Of a stretch of 64,000 bases of DNA, positions 1 through 12,799 are shown piece by piece. Position 1 is the first letter of the stretch. Every line of letters begins with the position of its first letter. Position numbers and translations under genes: made by a program. The DNA lies in assembly GCA_013265495.1 (NCBI GenBank), contig MU059537.1, positions 5,651,132 through 5,715,131 of the forward strand, given 5' to 3'. The DNA comes from Vicugna vicugna. Its lineage: Eukaryota. The notes under the pieces were generated by a model. That model made no database searches and had not been told where the DNA came from. It saw only the letters and a program-made list of their open reading frames with translations.

Positions 1-3000
1 GGCCTTTTGAAGTTCCTTGGGTGAAATAAACTTAGATTACACATACAAATGTCTAAGGACACATATTGTGTTGTCCTCTGGCATGCAATCTAAACACTCA
101 GTTTGTTTTGGGGGCACCTGTCAGAGAAGAGCTTCTGAAATAGTAGATGACATGCAAAATGTCCGTTTCCCTGGGAATGAGCCCTCAGGAGACCCCACGT
201 TCAGCCTGCAGGAGAGGGGAGACTGGGCATCCTGCAGGCAGGCTCCGGCGCCTGAAAAGAACTCACACTAACCCTGAGCGTCCCTCTGGGCTGGTTGTTG
301 TGGGTCTCTGAGGAAGCAACAGGCATTTTCTAAGAAATAGCATCTTTACAGTTTTGCCTGCTTAAAATACACACACACTTTTTCCCTAAAGAGAGTAAAA
401 TGGCACTCTGCACACAGCTGACGCAACTGTCGTCATTTTCTCAAAAAGCAGCTTGTCCCTGTACTAGTGCCTGTTCCCCACAGCCCAAAGGGAGAGCTTT
501 AGGGTCATTTTAAAACTCATTCTGGAACTGCTTAAAGTCCTTCAAGGATTTGTGGTACTCAAGGCACTGGGATTTTTGGCCCCCGTCCCCTGTCCACCCT
601 CCCTGCTGCCCCTTGCTGGCCCTGCAGTCCTGAACCCCCTGTATTTCCCTGCATGTGCCGTGCCAGCGCGTGCCTTGGGGTTCTGCCCATGCACTGCCCT
701 CTGTTCAGGACGCCCCAACCCCTCCTGGCCATCTGACAGCTGCTCACTGGCCCTTATGGCCCAGACTGGCCGTGATGTGCAGGGGGAGCACTCCCAAACT
801 GTGGTGAATTTAAGGGTGCCTCCCACGGCCACCTGGAAGTAACTTCACTGTGGGAGGTGGCTCCTCTCCTTAAATTCTTTCTTCCTGTGCCTTTCTCCTA
901 ATTAGAATGCAGGATCCTGTCTTTGCAATCAAGACGTCCAACCCCAGCACAATACCTTTTTAGAACATAAGTGACAATTCAGAATCCAGTGTCCAAAATA
1001 CATATTTACTGAATTGAACTAAACTGAAGTGAAAGATGACCTACTTTGCCATCACATGCCTCTCTGTAGGTGCCTGCCCTAGTGCTCCCAAGAGAGCCTG
1101 CCAAGGCCCAGTTCTAAACCAGGTACAAAGCCTCATATGGGCTCAAGCCACAGCATTTCTCTACTGCTCGTCTTCTGCCTCAGCCTGCTGACAGCCATAT
1201 CAAACCGGTTCCAATGTCTGAATGCCCCAGGCTGTTTTATACCCCTGGGCCTTTGCACATGCAAATTGCTCTCTCCAGAAAGACATTCTGAAAGGCTCAT
1301 TTGACAAATTGCTGCCATCTTAGAGCCTGTTCATATGTTAAGAGCTTTCTCTGGAGCAATATAAACCAAGCACTTAGAGTAACCTCTAGCACAAAGTGTG
1401 TCCCCAAGACAGGCCCGTCAGATTTTATAAGTCATCTTCGGTTTCACCATCCCCACCAGCCAATTGGAGCGTCAGAATCCCATTTTCAAAGAGGCTTTGA
1501 ATGGGCAGCTTACACACACGATCTCATCAAAGAAACAAGGCCAAGATTTCAGGTCTTCAGTCTGGGACTGGGAAGTCCATCTCTGTCACCCTTTCCAGAA
1601 GCTCAAACCAAATGTTTTTCTCCAGCTCTGAGGGGGGACCACATATATGTGGGTTCCAATCCCAGCTTGGTTTAACCTAACAGAAATTCAATTTCCTTTG
1701 TTTGAAAAATAGACCTTCTTACCATTTAACTTTGAGCATTAAATTTATGCTCATAGATTTATAAAATGTTTGGTATTTAATAAATACTTTCTTTTCTCCT
1801 TGAGTAAAAAGTGCATAAAGATGAGGGTTTTACACACGCTTGGTGTCTACATGCACACACATGCACACACCGCATCTGGGTCAGAATCGCACGGACATAC
1901 CGATGCCCTGAAGGCAGAGCAGTGTCCTGCCTCTGACTCACATCAAAGGAACAGGCTCAAGCTCTGAGTTCCAACTCGGGAGCTCTAAGCACAGATGGAA
2001 TTCCAGCTCTGGCATCTCTCCTGCTTTCAAATCACACTTGTCAAAGGCACATTTAAAGACAGACTCGTGTGTGTGTGTGTGAAGGGAAATGTGGAGTTCT
2101 ACACCTTTTTTTTTTCCTTTTGTTGGTAATTCAAGTCTCAGAAATACAAATTTTAGCAAGTCCAGAGTGGAAGAGTTGCGAAATCACCTGAAGAGGCTTA
2201 TGCTTTGGCTGATTTCTGTCTAACAGTACGCATTGCCCATTAGGCATCGCAGCTTTCTCTACCCATAAATGTAATAGGTGATATTACTTAGTAATAATAC
2301 TTAAGGATTCTAAGTATGTGATAAAAAAACCCACTTTGATTCACGCTAGTAAGTATGCAACTACAAACAACTGTTTGTGACTAATTCGACAACACAAATC
2401 TAGGGGCTGAAGATCTAGAGTTTTCAAACCCAATAATTCTGCTTTGGAGAAGGTGCCCCCAGGAAATAATGTGGACATTGGAAAGAGCTTTATGTACCCA
2501 GGTCGTCTTGTGGTACTTTCATAATGATGAAGAGCCAAAAACCATCAACTACCAGAGATAGAGGAGTGGGTGAGTGAACTGCGCTGTGTCTAATATGACA
2601 ACTGTTGCTGGTCACTGCACTGTTGTGACTTGTTTCTTCATCACCAGATGGGGAGAGGAATGAATGAATGAATATATGCACGCATGGCAAGTATGATTTA
2701 GACATGTGTAACAATTTAGAAATATACACAGGATGCAATATTAGGTAAAAACCAAAAATGTAGCATTGTAGAGAATTTGCAATCACTTTAGACCATACAG
2801 AAAAGTCTAAGATTAGGAAATAAATCAGTAAATCAATTAACTGACATGGAGTAACTTCTAAATCATTCTGTGATTTTTTTTCCTTCTGTATTTCTGCATT
2901 GTTTGAATTTTCTATAACTAATAAATGTTAAAATAGGGTCTGTCTCTTGAGGTTTGTGTGACGATCAAATGCTTAGCACAGTGCTGAGGACAAAATGAAA

Positions 3001-4073
3001 TCTCCATTAAATGTTGAAAAGCTTCCAAAAATACTATCTCATTGTCTTTCATTAAATGTGACACATGTCTCTTCTCTCCCTCTACAATCCCTACAAAATG
3101 AAGTGAAGGAATAAAGTCTCAATGCAGAGATAAAAAAACAAACAAACAAAAAAACCAAAGGGGATAAACAAACAGCAGAGAAGGGATTTCAAGAAATTTT
3201 TAGATGAAGATGTGGAGAGAGACATGTGCGGGTGGACACGCAGTGTGGAATGACTAATGTTCCAGGCACCTACAGAACAGAAGGTGGACATGAATCAGTT
3301 GTTCCCTGGATCCCCTGGGAAGCCCAAGATGCACAGGGTACCATGGAAGACAGGGTGAACGTAGGCTGAAGACCGGAGCATCCACTGAGGAGCCCTGCAC
3401 ATGGCGGTTGGTATTCACAGCAGGAGTTTGCTGTGAACTACAGTGGGCGCCCCCGGGAGCCGTATTCACACGGCCATCCGATGCAGGACTCACTGTTGTG
3501 TTAACCCTGAGTCTTGATATGACCAGATTTTGAGGAAGAAGTATGGGGAACTGTTAAAGGGAAGATAAAAGAGAGTTCTAAGTCCTCATCTGGCAAGGCA
3601 GGAACTCAACAGTTACTTCCAAGACTGACAAATCCAGGGAGAGCAGGATTCGCATACTTTGGAGAAACATAGAAGCCAGGATAAGGAAAAAAACAGCTAA
3701 AAGAGTTGAACGTGGTGGCCTTTGGGAGTGGGAATGGCAGGTGGGTAACGATGAGACAGGCAACTACTGTTTTTCAACTGTAAATTTGGGGGGACTATAT
3801 GATCATTTCAGTTGCTTGTACATTATGTCGATAAATCTCAGAATCAATTGTGACCAGAGTCTGGCTCAGATCTGTGTTCTCTGTTTGGCTTCAGGCACAT
3901 TCACTTCTAAGTCCCACGTCCACCACCTGTGACACAGCAAGGATGACTCCTACCTCACTGTTCTGCAGGAAGCTAACAGCAGATCATTTATGTAGAGTGT
4001 CTAGACCTCAGGTCTTGGACATGAAATCTCTAAGTGCTCAGATGTTACATGTTCTGTATAGAATGCTCAGGAA

Positions 4074-4112
4074 ACACACACACACACACACACACACACA
4101 CCACACACACAC
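4074..4112. repeat. (CA)n microsatellite with one interruption, intron 35
   Basis: Read directly from the sequence. Confidence 0.95.
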
Positions 4113-4921
4113 GACCTCCAAAGTTAGCTCCTTTAACTGAGTGCAGGAGGTGATAACATGGTGGAGAACATTTATACTTTCAGCCCAGCCTCAGCCATAA
4201 ATGATTCCTTCCTGCCTGAGCTACATTCTGTCACGTCAGCCAGGACCATAATGACAGACGTCTAGAGCTCCTCAGACACCACGTCACAGGACAGGAATGA
4301 CCAGAGCCTCTCATTTCCTGACTGAGGGGAGGCAGAAAAGGGACATGTAATTCGGTGCATCCAGCTTGGCCCCACGGTGCCCACGCCCCGCATTTCCTGC
4401 TGCCCAGACGGGGCGCATGGTGGTGGGGACGGTGCCAAGTGCAAGAGGGGAGAGCTGCCTCCGCCTGGGCTGTGCTCCTGGGTTTGGGACCAGGGCCCAG
4501 ACTTAGATGTCACTGTGCCACCCAGCGTGCTCATGGCTGTGACCTCCCAACTCTTGCACATAGAGGAGCTGGTATCTTTCACTTTGGGGCCACAAATACC
4601 ACAATCCTTGACATGGCCCTGGGGTGCACAGGTCCAGTCATTCTGCGACAGGTGAAATAGGAGGACTGGGCTCACGTCCCACTCAGCTTTCCCATCGGCT
4701 GCAATACGTGGCCAAATCATTTCACTGCCAGGAGTCACTTATCCTCATCTGTGACATGGCCATGGTGCCAGTGTTTGCCCTCCCTGGGCACGTGTGTAAC
4801 CACAGGAGCTCGAGTTAATGAGTGTGAGAGTGTTGTGTGAGCTATGAACTACTGGACCACAGTAAGGAGAAAGAAGAGAGTCAAGGGGAAACCTGAGAGA
4901 TGAAGGACACAAGGAACTTAC

Positions 4922-4984
4922 CTTTCTCTGTGAGGGGAGGCAGGGCCACTGGAGGGCAAAAACTGGGAGCATCATTTTGAGCCA
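4922..4984 (-). CDS. TG: TG exon 35 (63 nt)
   Basis: cttttcag|TGGCTCAA...GAGAAAG|gtaagt; AQNDAPSFCPPVALPPLTEK. Confidence 0.96.
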
Positions 4985-5179
4985 CTGAAAAGAAGACAAA
5001 GGCGGCCTTTTAGCTCTTTTTTACTCTTAAGATCACTGAGCTCTGAAGGTGTGAGTAGAGGTGCTACTTGCTGACAGGAGAATTGCACTTGAAAGGCAGA
5101 CAAAGTGCATCCAGACCCCAGCACCGCCCCTGGGTGGGTCAGGATGGACTAGGTGAGGCCGAAGGGACCATCCCAACAT

Positions 5180-5470
5180 CTCAGGAGCTTAAAACAACAA
5201 AAGTTCACCGCTCCTCTGCCCACATGTTCCCTGCAGGTGGGCTGGGGTGCTCCCCTGTGACATCCTCCCTCAAACCCCAGGCTGAGGGAGGCACCGTCAC
5301 GCCCCCTGCTTCACCGAGGAGGCCGCAGCACGGGAAAGAATGCAGCCAACGTCACTCCTGCTCTTACAGCTTCTGCCTACAACTGACCCATGACACTTGT
5401 CATTTTCACATCATTTTCCAGAGCCAGGGGTGAGGAAGTGCAGACCTACTATGTCCCAGAGAGTGAAGAG
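5180..5470. mobile_element. Old MLT1-type (ERVL-MaLR) LTR fragment, approximate ends
   Basis: gcttaaaacaacaaaag and ctcttacagcttctgcctacaactgacccatgacac resemble the MLT1J/K/L consensus as recalled. Confidence 0.45.
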
Positions 5471-6029
5471 CCAGAGACATGCCTCCCGCCACCACTTAAC
5501 TGACCCTGCTCACTTAGGGGAGGCAACCAGCCTCTCTGGGTCTCGGCTTCCACATCTGTTCAATGGGGATGATACAGCCCATGTTGGGAACTGCTATGAG
5601 CATTACAGGAGCTAGTGTAGGAGACACCCAGGCACGGGGCAAGAGTGCAAAAAATGGCAGCTCTTAACTGCAGGTAGCATGGCAGGGGAGTGGAGCCTGG
5701 GCTAGGAGGGCAGACAGACCTGGGCTTGAACCGCCACGTACCTCTTAGAAGCAGTGCAGACAGGCAAGTTATCTGGCTTCTCCTACACCCAGTTTCAGCA
5801 TCAGTGCATGAGGGTAATGTAAGAATTTACTGAGAAACCACATGTACCTGGTAGGTGATCCTTGAGTGTTAATTACCCCTTCCCCATCCTCTTTCCTTAC
5901 TGAACAATCTAAGTCTTCAAAGCCTCAGCATCCTTTTCTCCCAGTGGCCCAAACTAGGAACGCCACCGATCTCGTCCCTCTCCAAGCTGCAGTGTAGCCT
6001 GGTCAGGGGTCAAGGGTCAAGAGTGGGAT

Positions 6030-6232
6030 CCAGGGTCAAGGATCAGTGACCCAGGGTGAGATCGGATTGGCCGCTTTCCTTGTGTAACCTGGAGCAGGTT
6101 TCTTAACTTCCTTGTCCTCACTTTCCTCATCTGTAAAATGGGGGTAATGACTACTCTCCTGGTTGTGAGGTTTAGATGGTTGGTGTATGTAAAGCTTTGG
6201 GTATACAGTAAGCACTCAATAAATGCTGGCAA
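6030..6232 (+). mobile_element. MIR SINE
   Basis: Core ctcactttcctcatctgtaaaatgggggtaat and tail aagcactcaataaatgct. Confidence 0.85.
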
Positions 6233-7209
6233 TTGTTCACTCTTAATATCATCCTTTCATAGTGACACACCCTTGTCGTTGACTCTGTTCCTTGTCTGCC
6301 TCCATGAAGAGTCTCGAGTCAGAGTCATGCTCTGTTCTGGTCCCTGGAAGCCGCTCTGAGTTCCGGAGCCCCCAGTGGTATTGTGCCTTTCCTGCTTGGC
6401 TCCATCTGCCTAGAAGCACCTCCCAGTCTTCTTTCTAAGGCCCTGGTTCCCAAGCTTTGACAGACATTGGCACCCCCGGAAGGCTTGGTAGCACACACTC
6501 CAGAATCTGATTCAGCAGGTCTGGGCCGTGGCCTGAGGTCTGGCACTTCTGACAAGTCCCCAGGTAATGCAGACCCTGCTGTCCAGGGACACAGTCTGAG
6601 GGTCACTGAGCTAAGGCTTCTGTCATCCAAATCTGTGAGCTCCTCATACAAAACGCAGAATGACTGACAACCACCACCACGCCCCACCTCGCCGGACAGG
6701 CCAGCTGGTTTACTGAAATGTCCATCCTTTCTTTCTCAGAACAAAGACCCTGAGGGTTAGTGCGGCCTTCAGAGAACAACTCGACTAACCTACCTCAAGA
6801 GCATTCAAATGTCCACACCCTGTACCCCAGTCATTCTGCTTCTGGAAATTTATCTGGAAATTCAAAGCAGGCTCAGTTTGCAAAGGACACGTTTACACAA
6901 TACTAACGAAAACTACGTGCATGTGGGAACAGTCAGGCGAGCTGCCGTCCATCCACGAGGAGACCGACCGCGGCACGTCTCAGCCGGGCGTCTAGCACCC
7001 AGCTCGCTGCTGTGGCTGCTCGTGCTCTTCCTCACGCTCCATCAGGGTCTCCCGACCCGGAGCTGGCAGCCCTCTGGGTGGGACCTTCCTGACAGGACAG
7101 GAATAGCTGAGCCTTGAAGCTCTCAGCTTCACTGGGCCCCTGGGGCACAAGAAACCCCAACACACTCAGTCCCTGGGAGGGACCCAGTCCCTGGGGACCC
7201 CCTCACGGA

Positions 7210-7440
7210 GACTCGTACTGCTAACCTGGAGAGAGTCGCTCCGCTACTTCACACTTGTTAAACAAATGGACGGTGACCTTTCTGCTTCTTCCCAACTCTG
7301 CTTTCAGTGACTGCAAGTTGGTAGCTTGAACGGGGCGTGGCGGGAGGATTTACACCATGGGAAGTGGCGACGGCTACAAAGCTACACATCAGGACTTCCC
7401 CGGCCTCCCCGGTTGTAAAATATTGGCCAGCGCAGCACAG
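7210..7440 (+). mobile_element. MER63-like hAT-Blackjack DNA transposon remnant
   Basis: cttcccaactctgctttcagtgac...gttggtagcttgaa...gatttacaccatgg...gctacaaa matches the recalled MER63A consensus. Confidence 0.65.
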
Positions 7441-9079
7441 GACAGGAGCAAGGATAGACCCTGTCCCATCAGGTTGTTTAGGGACTAATAGAATGGTGCC
7501 TGCAAAGCCCCAGCCCAGTGCCTGGAGCCGACCCTGAGCTAAGTAACAGGCCGCCGCTGTTGACAGGGCGCAAGCACCAACGAACAGTGGATGGTAACCG
7601 CTCCCCCGTGCGGGAGTTTCCACGTGGGCTGCAGAGAGGCATAGTTAGAAGAGCCGGGCATTTCCTTTCCAGGTAATTCCTGTGTCTAGAATAGCTACGG
7701 GGTCCAAGGGCATTTGCTTCACAGAAGAAGAGAGGAACTGTTTTTTTTTTTTTTTAGAAGCCACATTTGACTTTGTAAACAAACCAAAGACCCTGCCCCA
7801 CTCGCAGGCCCTGTGCAGCTGCAGAGAGACCAGCAGCCCAGTCCTCCGCCAAGAGCAGCAGGTACCAGTGCCCACCCCTTCCAGGAAGCCCTGAGCTCGG
7901 GGGCAGCTGGACCACAGCGCATCCTCTTCTCCTGCACTCCCACCCTGCTTGCCTAAGAGCACTTCCTCTTTGGGTCCTGCCACCTGCTGCCTGCCAGGCA
8001 GGGGCTGCAAAGAGCCTCATTTGCATTCACAATTGCTCAGACTGAGCCTCTCGGTTCTGCGCTCAGACACTGCATGGAACCTTCTATCTGCTGTGGGCAG
8101 CAATCAGCAAGCTCATTGCCATGGGCTCTCTGAGGTCCTCTCTGGGCACTCCCAGCTCTAGGTTTGTGCCTCCCTCCTGGATCAGCTTCCGCCTTGGTTC
8201 CATGAACACAGCCCAGTACCAGGGTTATGTTGTAATTGCTCATGTGCAGAGAATCCATCAAGCCTTAAGACTTAGCACCAGCCCCCTAGTTCTGATGGAG
8301 ACAACTGAAAGGAGACAGACTGACCGGTGAGAACCTGGCTCTACTCTCCATCAGGAGAGCCAGGCGGGTCGCCAACGCCCTCTGACAGCCAGCCCTCTTC
8401 TTTCCGTTCTTCTGAAGTGGGAAACTGGGAGCCACTCACACCAGACTGGCCATGAGCCATGGGCAGCCAAGGTGGGTTCGACCCAGGGGTCCCGAGAGAC
8501 TGATGCCGCTTTGGCATTTTTACAGTTTTCTCCCCGCACACCCCACCCCTGACCGCAGGCAGCACGCAGTGTGAAACCCTGCCTGCTTGGGCAGCTCCAT
8601 GCCAGGGGCCAGGAGGAGAAGGAGGTCCCTAAAGCACAAAGGAGGGCCTGCAGGGGCCTCTCAGCAATGAGTTTCCGCCTCTCAGATGCAGGGTTAATTT
8701 CCTGTTCCCTCTGTGCCCATGACTGTTCTGGTACTGAGCCTGTCATGCTGGAGTTAATCACATATGCCCACATCTTCACACCGGGATGAGAATCTAAGAA
8801 AAATGACTACATTCTATTATTTTAATAATCTTCCATTTCCCAGTACCCAGCACGGTGTGTGACCCAGCACGGACACTCAATAAAGTTTCAAAACTTCCAG
8901 ACTTAACGACGTGAGTAATTCAGCACTAGCATGGCTGACTTATTTATAGCTTATAACTCCTTCTTAAACTGTGAGAGTCTGGAGGCAGGAGCCATATCTT
9001 ATTCATACTCAGCCATATTATATAGTGAGTAAGTCAATGGCTGAGTATAACCATATAATAAGGTTATACGTTATTTGGA

Positions 9080-9245
9080 CCCAGTTCTTTCTGACTGAGT
9101 CCAAATTCTGTCATTTACCTGCCGTGTGTGGGCAAGTGACTTAACGCCCCTGAACCTCTGTTTCCTCGTTTCACAGGGGCCGTGAGGATGAGGCGAGATA
9201 ATGCTTGTGAAGTGCTTGGCATCCAGCCAGGCACGCAGTGAGAGC
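9080..9245 (+). mobile_element. MIR SINE
   Basis: gggcaagtgacttaacgcccctgaacctctgtttcctc core. Confidence 0.75.
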
Positions 9246-10289
9246 CCGGTGAACGGCGGTGGGGCTCGTAACCCTGAGGCCCCCGGCATGACTGATGCCC
9301 GGCCGGTGTCCGCCGAATGAAGCACCTCTGTGAGCTTTTAGTTCCCTGCCCTGGAGTTCCTGGTCAGAACTCCTGAGTCCTCAGCCTGACGCCACGGAAT
9401 ATATGTCGGAAAAAGCTAGTGGTCTGTGCATTCAGATAGAAAGTCACAGAAGAGATGCAGAGGTGGGACAGCAAGCACGTGGGCTCTTGTCCTCGCCGAC
9501 TCCTGCCAGGATGCTGTAACCCTGTGGTCTGGTTCCCATGTTTCTGAACAAATGAATTAGTTTTTAGCTTCTTTTTATTCAGCTCTCCCCTGAGCACTAG
9601 GAAGGTGGAAAATGACATCTTCCTGCCTTTGGTGGGGTGAGGAGGTGGGAAGAGGGGAGAGGGGACAGAAGGGGCAAGTAAGCATTGAGGGATGGGTGAG
9701 AGTTCAGTTGAAGACCCTAAAGCTGGCATTGGGTCTCCTGCCGGGGCCCCGTCCTGGGCAGGCGCTCACTCCCCCCACCCCTGTGAGTCAGTTACAGCCT
9801 CCTCTCTGTGGGACAGTCCCCCCCAAATAGAAACCCACTGAGGCTATTTCATCATACAAGCCTAATGCTTTTCTTAAAATAACTCAAGATGTTAAAGTAA
9901 AATAAAAGTAATAAATAGAGTGGACTCGGATCAAGTCACAAGATGCTCACGGTGCACAGCAGCAGGGAGGGTTCCATGCAGCCTGGTAACAATTAACTCC
10001 AAAAAAATCTGCCCTGAAGCCACGGAATGTCTAGGGAATTAACAGACTCAAAGACAAGGGCCAAGGACCCGTTCCACCGAGGAGCCCCAGCCCAGGCCTC
10101 TCCGGCTGGACATGGCTCTACAAGCAGAGGCCAGCTTACCAGCTGGTCTAATTGACTAGCTTATTTGTCAGTTTAATTTTTTCAGTGTGTTAGTCAACTG
10201 CCTGTTTAGTCAGCTGAGTTGAGTTGCGGGAAAACCAGTCAGACAAGGTGTCTATACATTTTCACTTCCAGTCACTCATGGGATATGGG

Positions 10290-10450
10290 AGACCAGCCAG
10301 GAGGCAATGTGGTGAAGGGAAAGAGTGAATTTTGGGGTCATCAGAGCTGGGTTTGTGACCTGACTCTGCTTCTTGCTGGCTATGTTGTTTGGGTCAAACA
10401 ACTTCAGCTTTCTACACCACCCTCTCTTCACCTTAAGATGGAGGAAACAA
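10290..10450 (+). mobile_element. MIR SINE, degraded
   Basis: gaggcaatgtggtgaagg...gagctgggtttg...ctctgcttcttgctggctatgtt. Confidence 0.6.
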
Positions 10451-11429
10451 TGTCCACTTCATAGGAGCGTCGAGTAGAATGTTATATAGCCCACGTAGAA
10501 GCCCCAGCCCATGGAGAGACCGAGCACATGTGCAGACACATGGTGGGCACGTGAGTAATGTCAGCTCTCCTCTCCTTTCCTACTTTGGGCAAAGTGTTGT
10601 GGTGGGTGATGTGCAGAGCATAAAATCAAAGTTACAGACCTCTAAGGTTCCTCCAGATCAGACATCCCGTAACTCATTTCCAAGGCAAGGGCCAGGCCAG
10701 AGCCAGCACCCACCCTATACTGACTCTGAAAGTGAGGAGAAGGCCACTAACGGGGGAGGCTGGAGGCACTGACCTCAGCTCAGCCTCTTCACTGGACTCC
10801 TGCTAAGAGGGGGTGTCTATCTCTTTGCATCTTGAACATCTTTCTGAATTTGCTTCCAGGACACACGGTGGGGAGGATATCCAGGCTCCATGCAGTCACC
10901 TACTGTCCCCCAAGTGTACCCACACCCACAAACACCCAGAATGTAAGCACTTGATAGGGCCCCAGTGACTCTCCTCAGTGTTTCCCTGGTGGAGGAGCTG
11001 AGGGAGTGGTATGACTTTCCTAAAGGCAAACCTACGGTAGATGGCAGAGTTGGAAAGATAATATCCCTTCATTTGAGTCTAGAAGCTTCTCCATCACACC
11101 ATGTAGATCATTCATTCATTCACCAATTTCAAATTGAGCTCCTAAAGTGCACTGGGCTAAAATCAGAACACATGTGGGAAGTACACACTCGGGGCCAACA
11201 CTGCCTTGCCCTGAAGTCCTAACTCCACATACATCATCAGATACACACTGGGGACCCTTTCCCTCCTTAAGACGCCAGGTGCTCCACTGTCCTGGTTAAT
11301 TGACAAAACAAGAAAACCACGGGAATCTGGCGGAGTGCACAGCTATTGGTTTCCCCTGTCCAGGGACAGCACCTTTACAATACTCTGAGGCTTCTCCTCT
11401 CCCCTGAGTGTGCAGTCTTACAGGGACTG

Positions 11430-11745
11430 TCCCTCAAGCTGTCTCTTCACCCAAACCCCCACCCTCTGGCAGTGGTTGGACTTGCAGCCCAAGCCAGGCC
11501 AGATTCTCTCCCTTAAATGTAAAGCTTGAACACAATCATCTGTATCCCTTGGCGCCAACTGATGAGGATGGGCCACGCTGAAGAGGCTGCCCGCTCATTC
11601 CTGCTAAACACACGCATGCAGCTGAGGCCTAGTCAGTCACCTTTCCTTTGCGTCTACAGGCAGACTTCCAATAAATTCCTTTTCTGCTTAAGTTAATTAG
11701 AATCTATCCCTATTGCTTACATTCAGTGAATCCCGACTAAATCTA
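11430..11745 (+). mobile_element. Old LTR fragment (MLT1I/J/K-like), ending about 90 nt from the exon 34 donor
   Basis: cccaagccaggccagattctctc and a U5-like end aataaattccttttctgcttaagtt...tcccgactaa. Confidence 0.55.
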
Positions 11746-11834
11746 CTTCCTGGCCCCAGGACATCATCCTGATACACGACTGAGAAACAGTCAACTAAAG
11801 ATGCCCAGGTAGCTGTTGAGGCCAGGTCACTTAC

Positions 11835-11978
11835 CAGGCTTCTGGTACCATCCGAACGGATAGGTGCGGACCTCAGTGTCCGGAGAGCCACAGTCCAAAA
11901 TGCGCCAGGTTCCTCCGTTTTCCTCGCTGCACGTCTGAAGTCCCAAGCTGTTTAGAGTTAGGCATGTCACCTCTCCCC
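11835..11978 (-). CDS. TG: TG exon 34 (144 nt)
   Basis: gctccag|GGGGAGAG...AAGCCTG|gtaagt; GEVTCLTLNSLGLQTCSEENGGTWRILDCGSPDTEVRTYPFGWYQKP. Confidence 0.97.
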
Positions 11979-12199
11979 CTGGAGCAAAAGATAATCAGGG
12001 CCAGGAAAATGATCATGCTGGAAGACTCTAACTGAATGAGAGAAGTTCTGCCAACTCCTTCTTCAACAGACATCGGGGCCGCACCATCATATTCCAGGGA
12101 TGGGCTTAGCCACTGAGGAAAAACCCGCTACCTTAACGAGCCTCTGGTCTAAGAGCACAGGGGTGGAGGCGGCCCGCTCTACTCAAGCGGCCATCATGC

Positions 12200-12380
12200 C
12201 CCCAGGGCTGTGCCAGGGCTGTGTTTGCATCACACCACTTGGTCCTCACACAACCCTGGAGGAGGGTAGCATTTGTATCCCTATTTGCAGATAAGGAAAC
12301 TGAGGCTCAGAGAGATTAAGGAACATATCCAGGACCACACATCTAGTAAAGAACAGAATCAAGTTTCAAATACAGATCTA
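12200..12380 (-). mobile_element. MIR SINE
   Basis: cctcacacaaccctggagg...atttgcagataaggaaactgaggctcagagagattaag. Confidence 0.85.
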
Positions 12381-12719
12381 TGGACGGGTCCAAAGTTCTC
12401 CCCACCAAGCTACCTGGCCCAGGTCTTGAAAGGCGAGCAAAGACAGCTAAGCAGGCAGTGGGAGGAAGGCTACTTCGGTCAGTGGAAGCGCTGTGTAAAG
12501 CTGACCGAGTGCTGGACCACGAGCCGTGTCCCAGCGGCCACGTCTATCAGCCAGCTCCCCTCCCCCAGCCCCCACTCCCCACCTGCGAATGAGGATTACC
12601 CCTGCCCCCACCACGAGGACGAGGACGTGCCAAGGGTTAGATAAGGCCATAGATGTGGATGTGTTTCCTACACTGTAAAGTGGTTTATGCGGGCCAGAGG
12701 GAGTGGTCATCATTGTCAC

Positions 12720-12799
12720 CTTTTGACTGGGAGACGTTCAGAAAGCCAAAGCCGGTGCAGCACGGGTCCTCGTCACACAGGCGTTCACACTCGAAGAAG
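12720..12799 (-). CDS. TG: TG exon 33 (80 nt)
   Basis: ccgccag|CTTCTTCG...TCAAAAG|gtgaca; FFECERLCDEDPCCTGFGFLNVSQSK. Confidence 0.96.

Noticed and set aside
1250-1270. CTTTGCACATGCAAAT as an Oct4-Sox2 composite site
   Set aside because: The SOX half-site is mismatched and the spacing is off by one; a lone octamer is expected by chance.
1-4900. TG exon 36 or nested SLA exons
   Set aside because: No SLDSWQSLAL-like peptide and no SH3/SH2 coding sequence was found. Intron 35 is long and SLA lies further downstream.
11660-11680. Plus-strand acceptor followed by AATAAA as an antisense terminal exon
   Set aside because: Explained by the poly(A) region of the old MLT1-type LTR.
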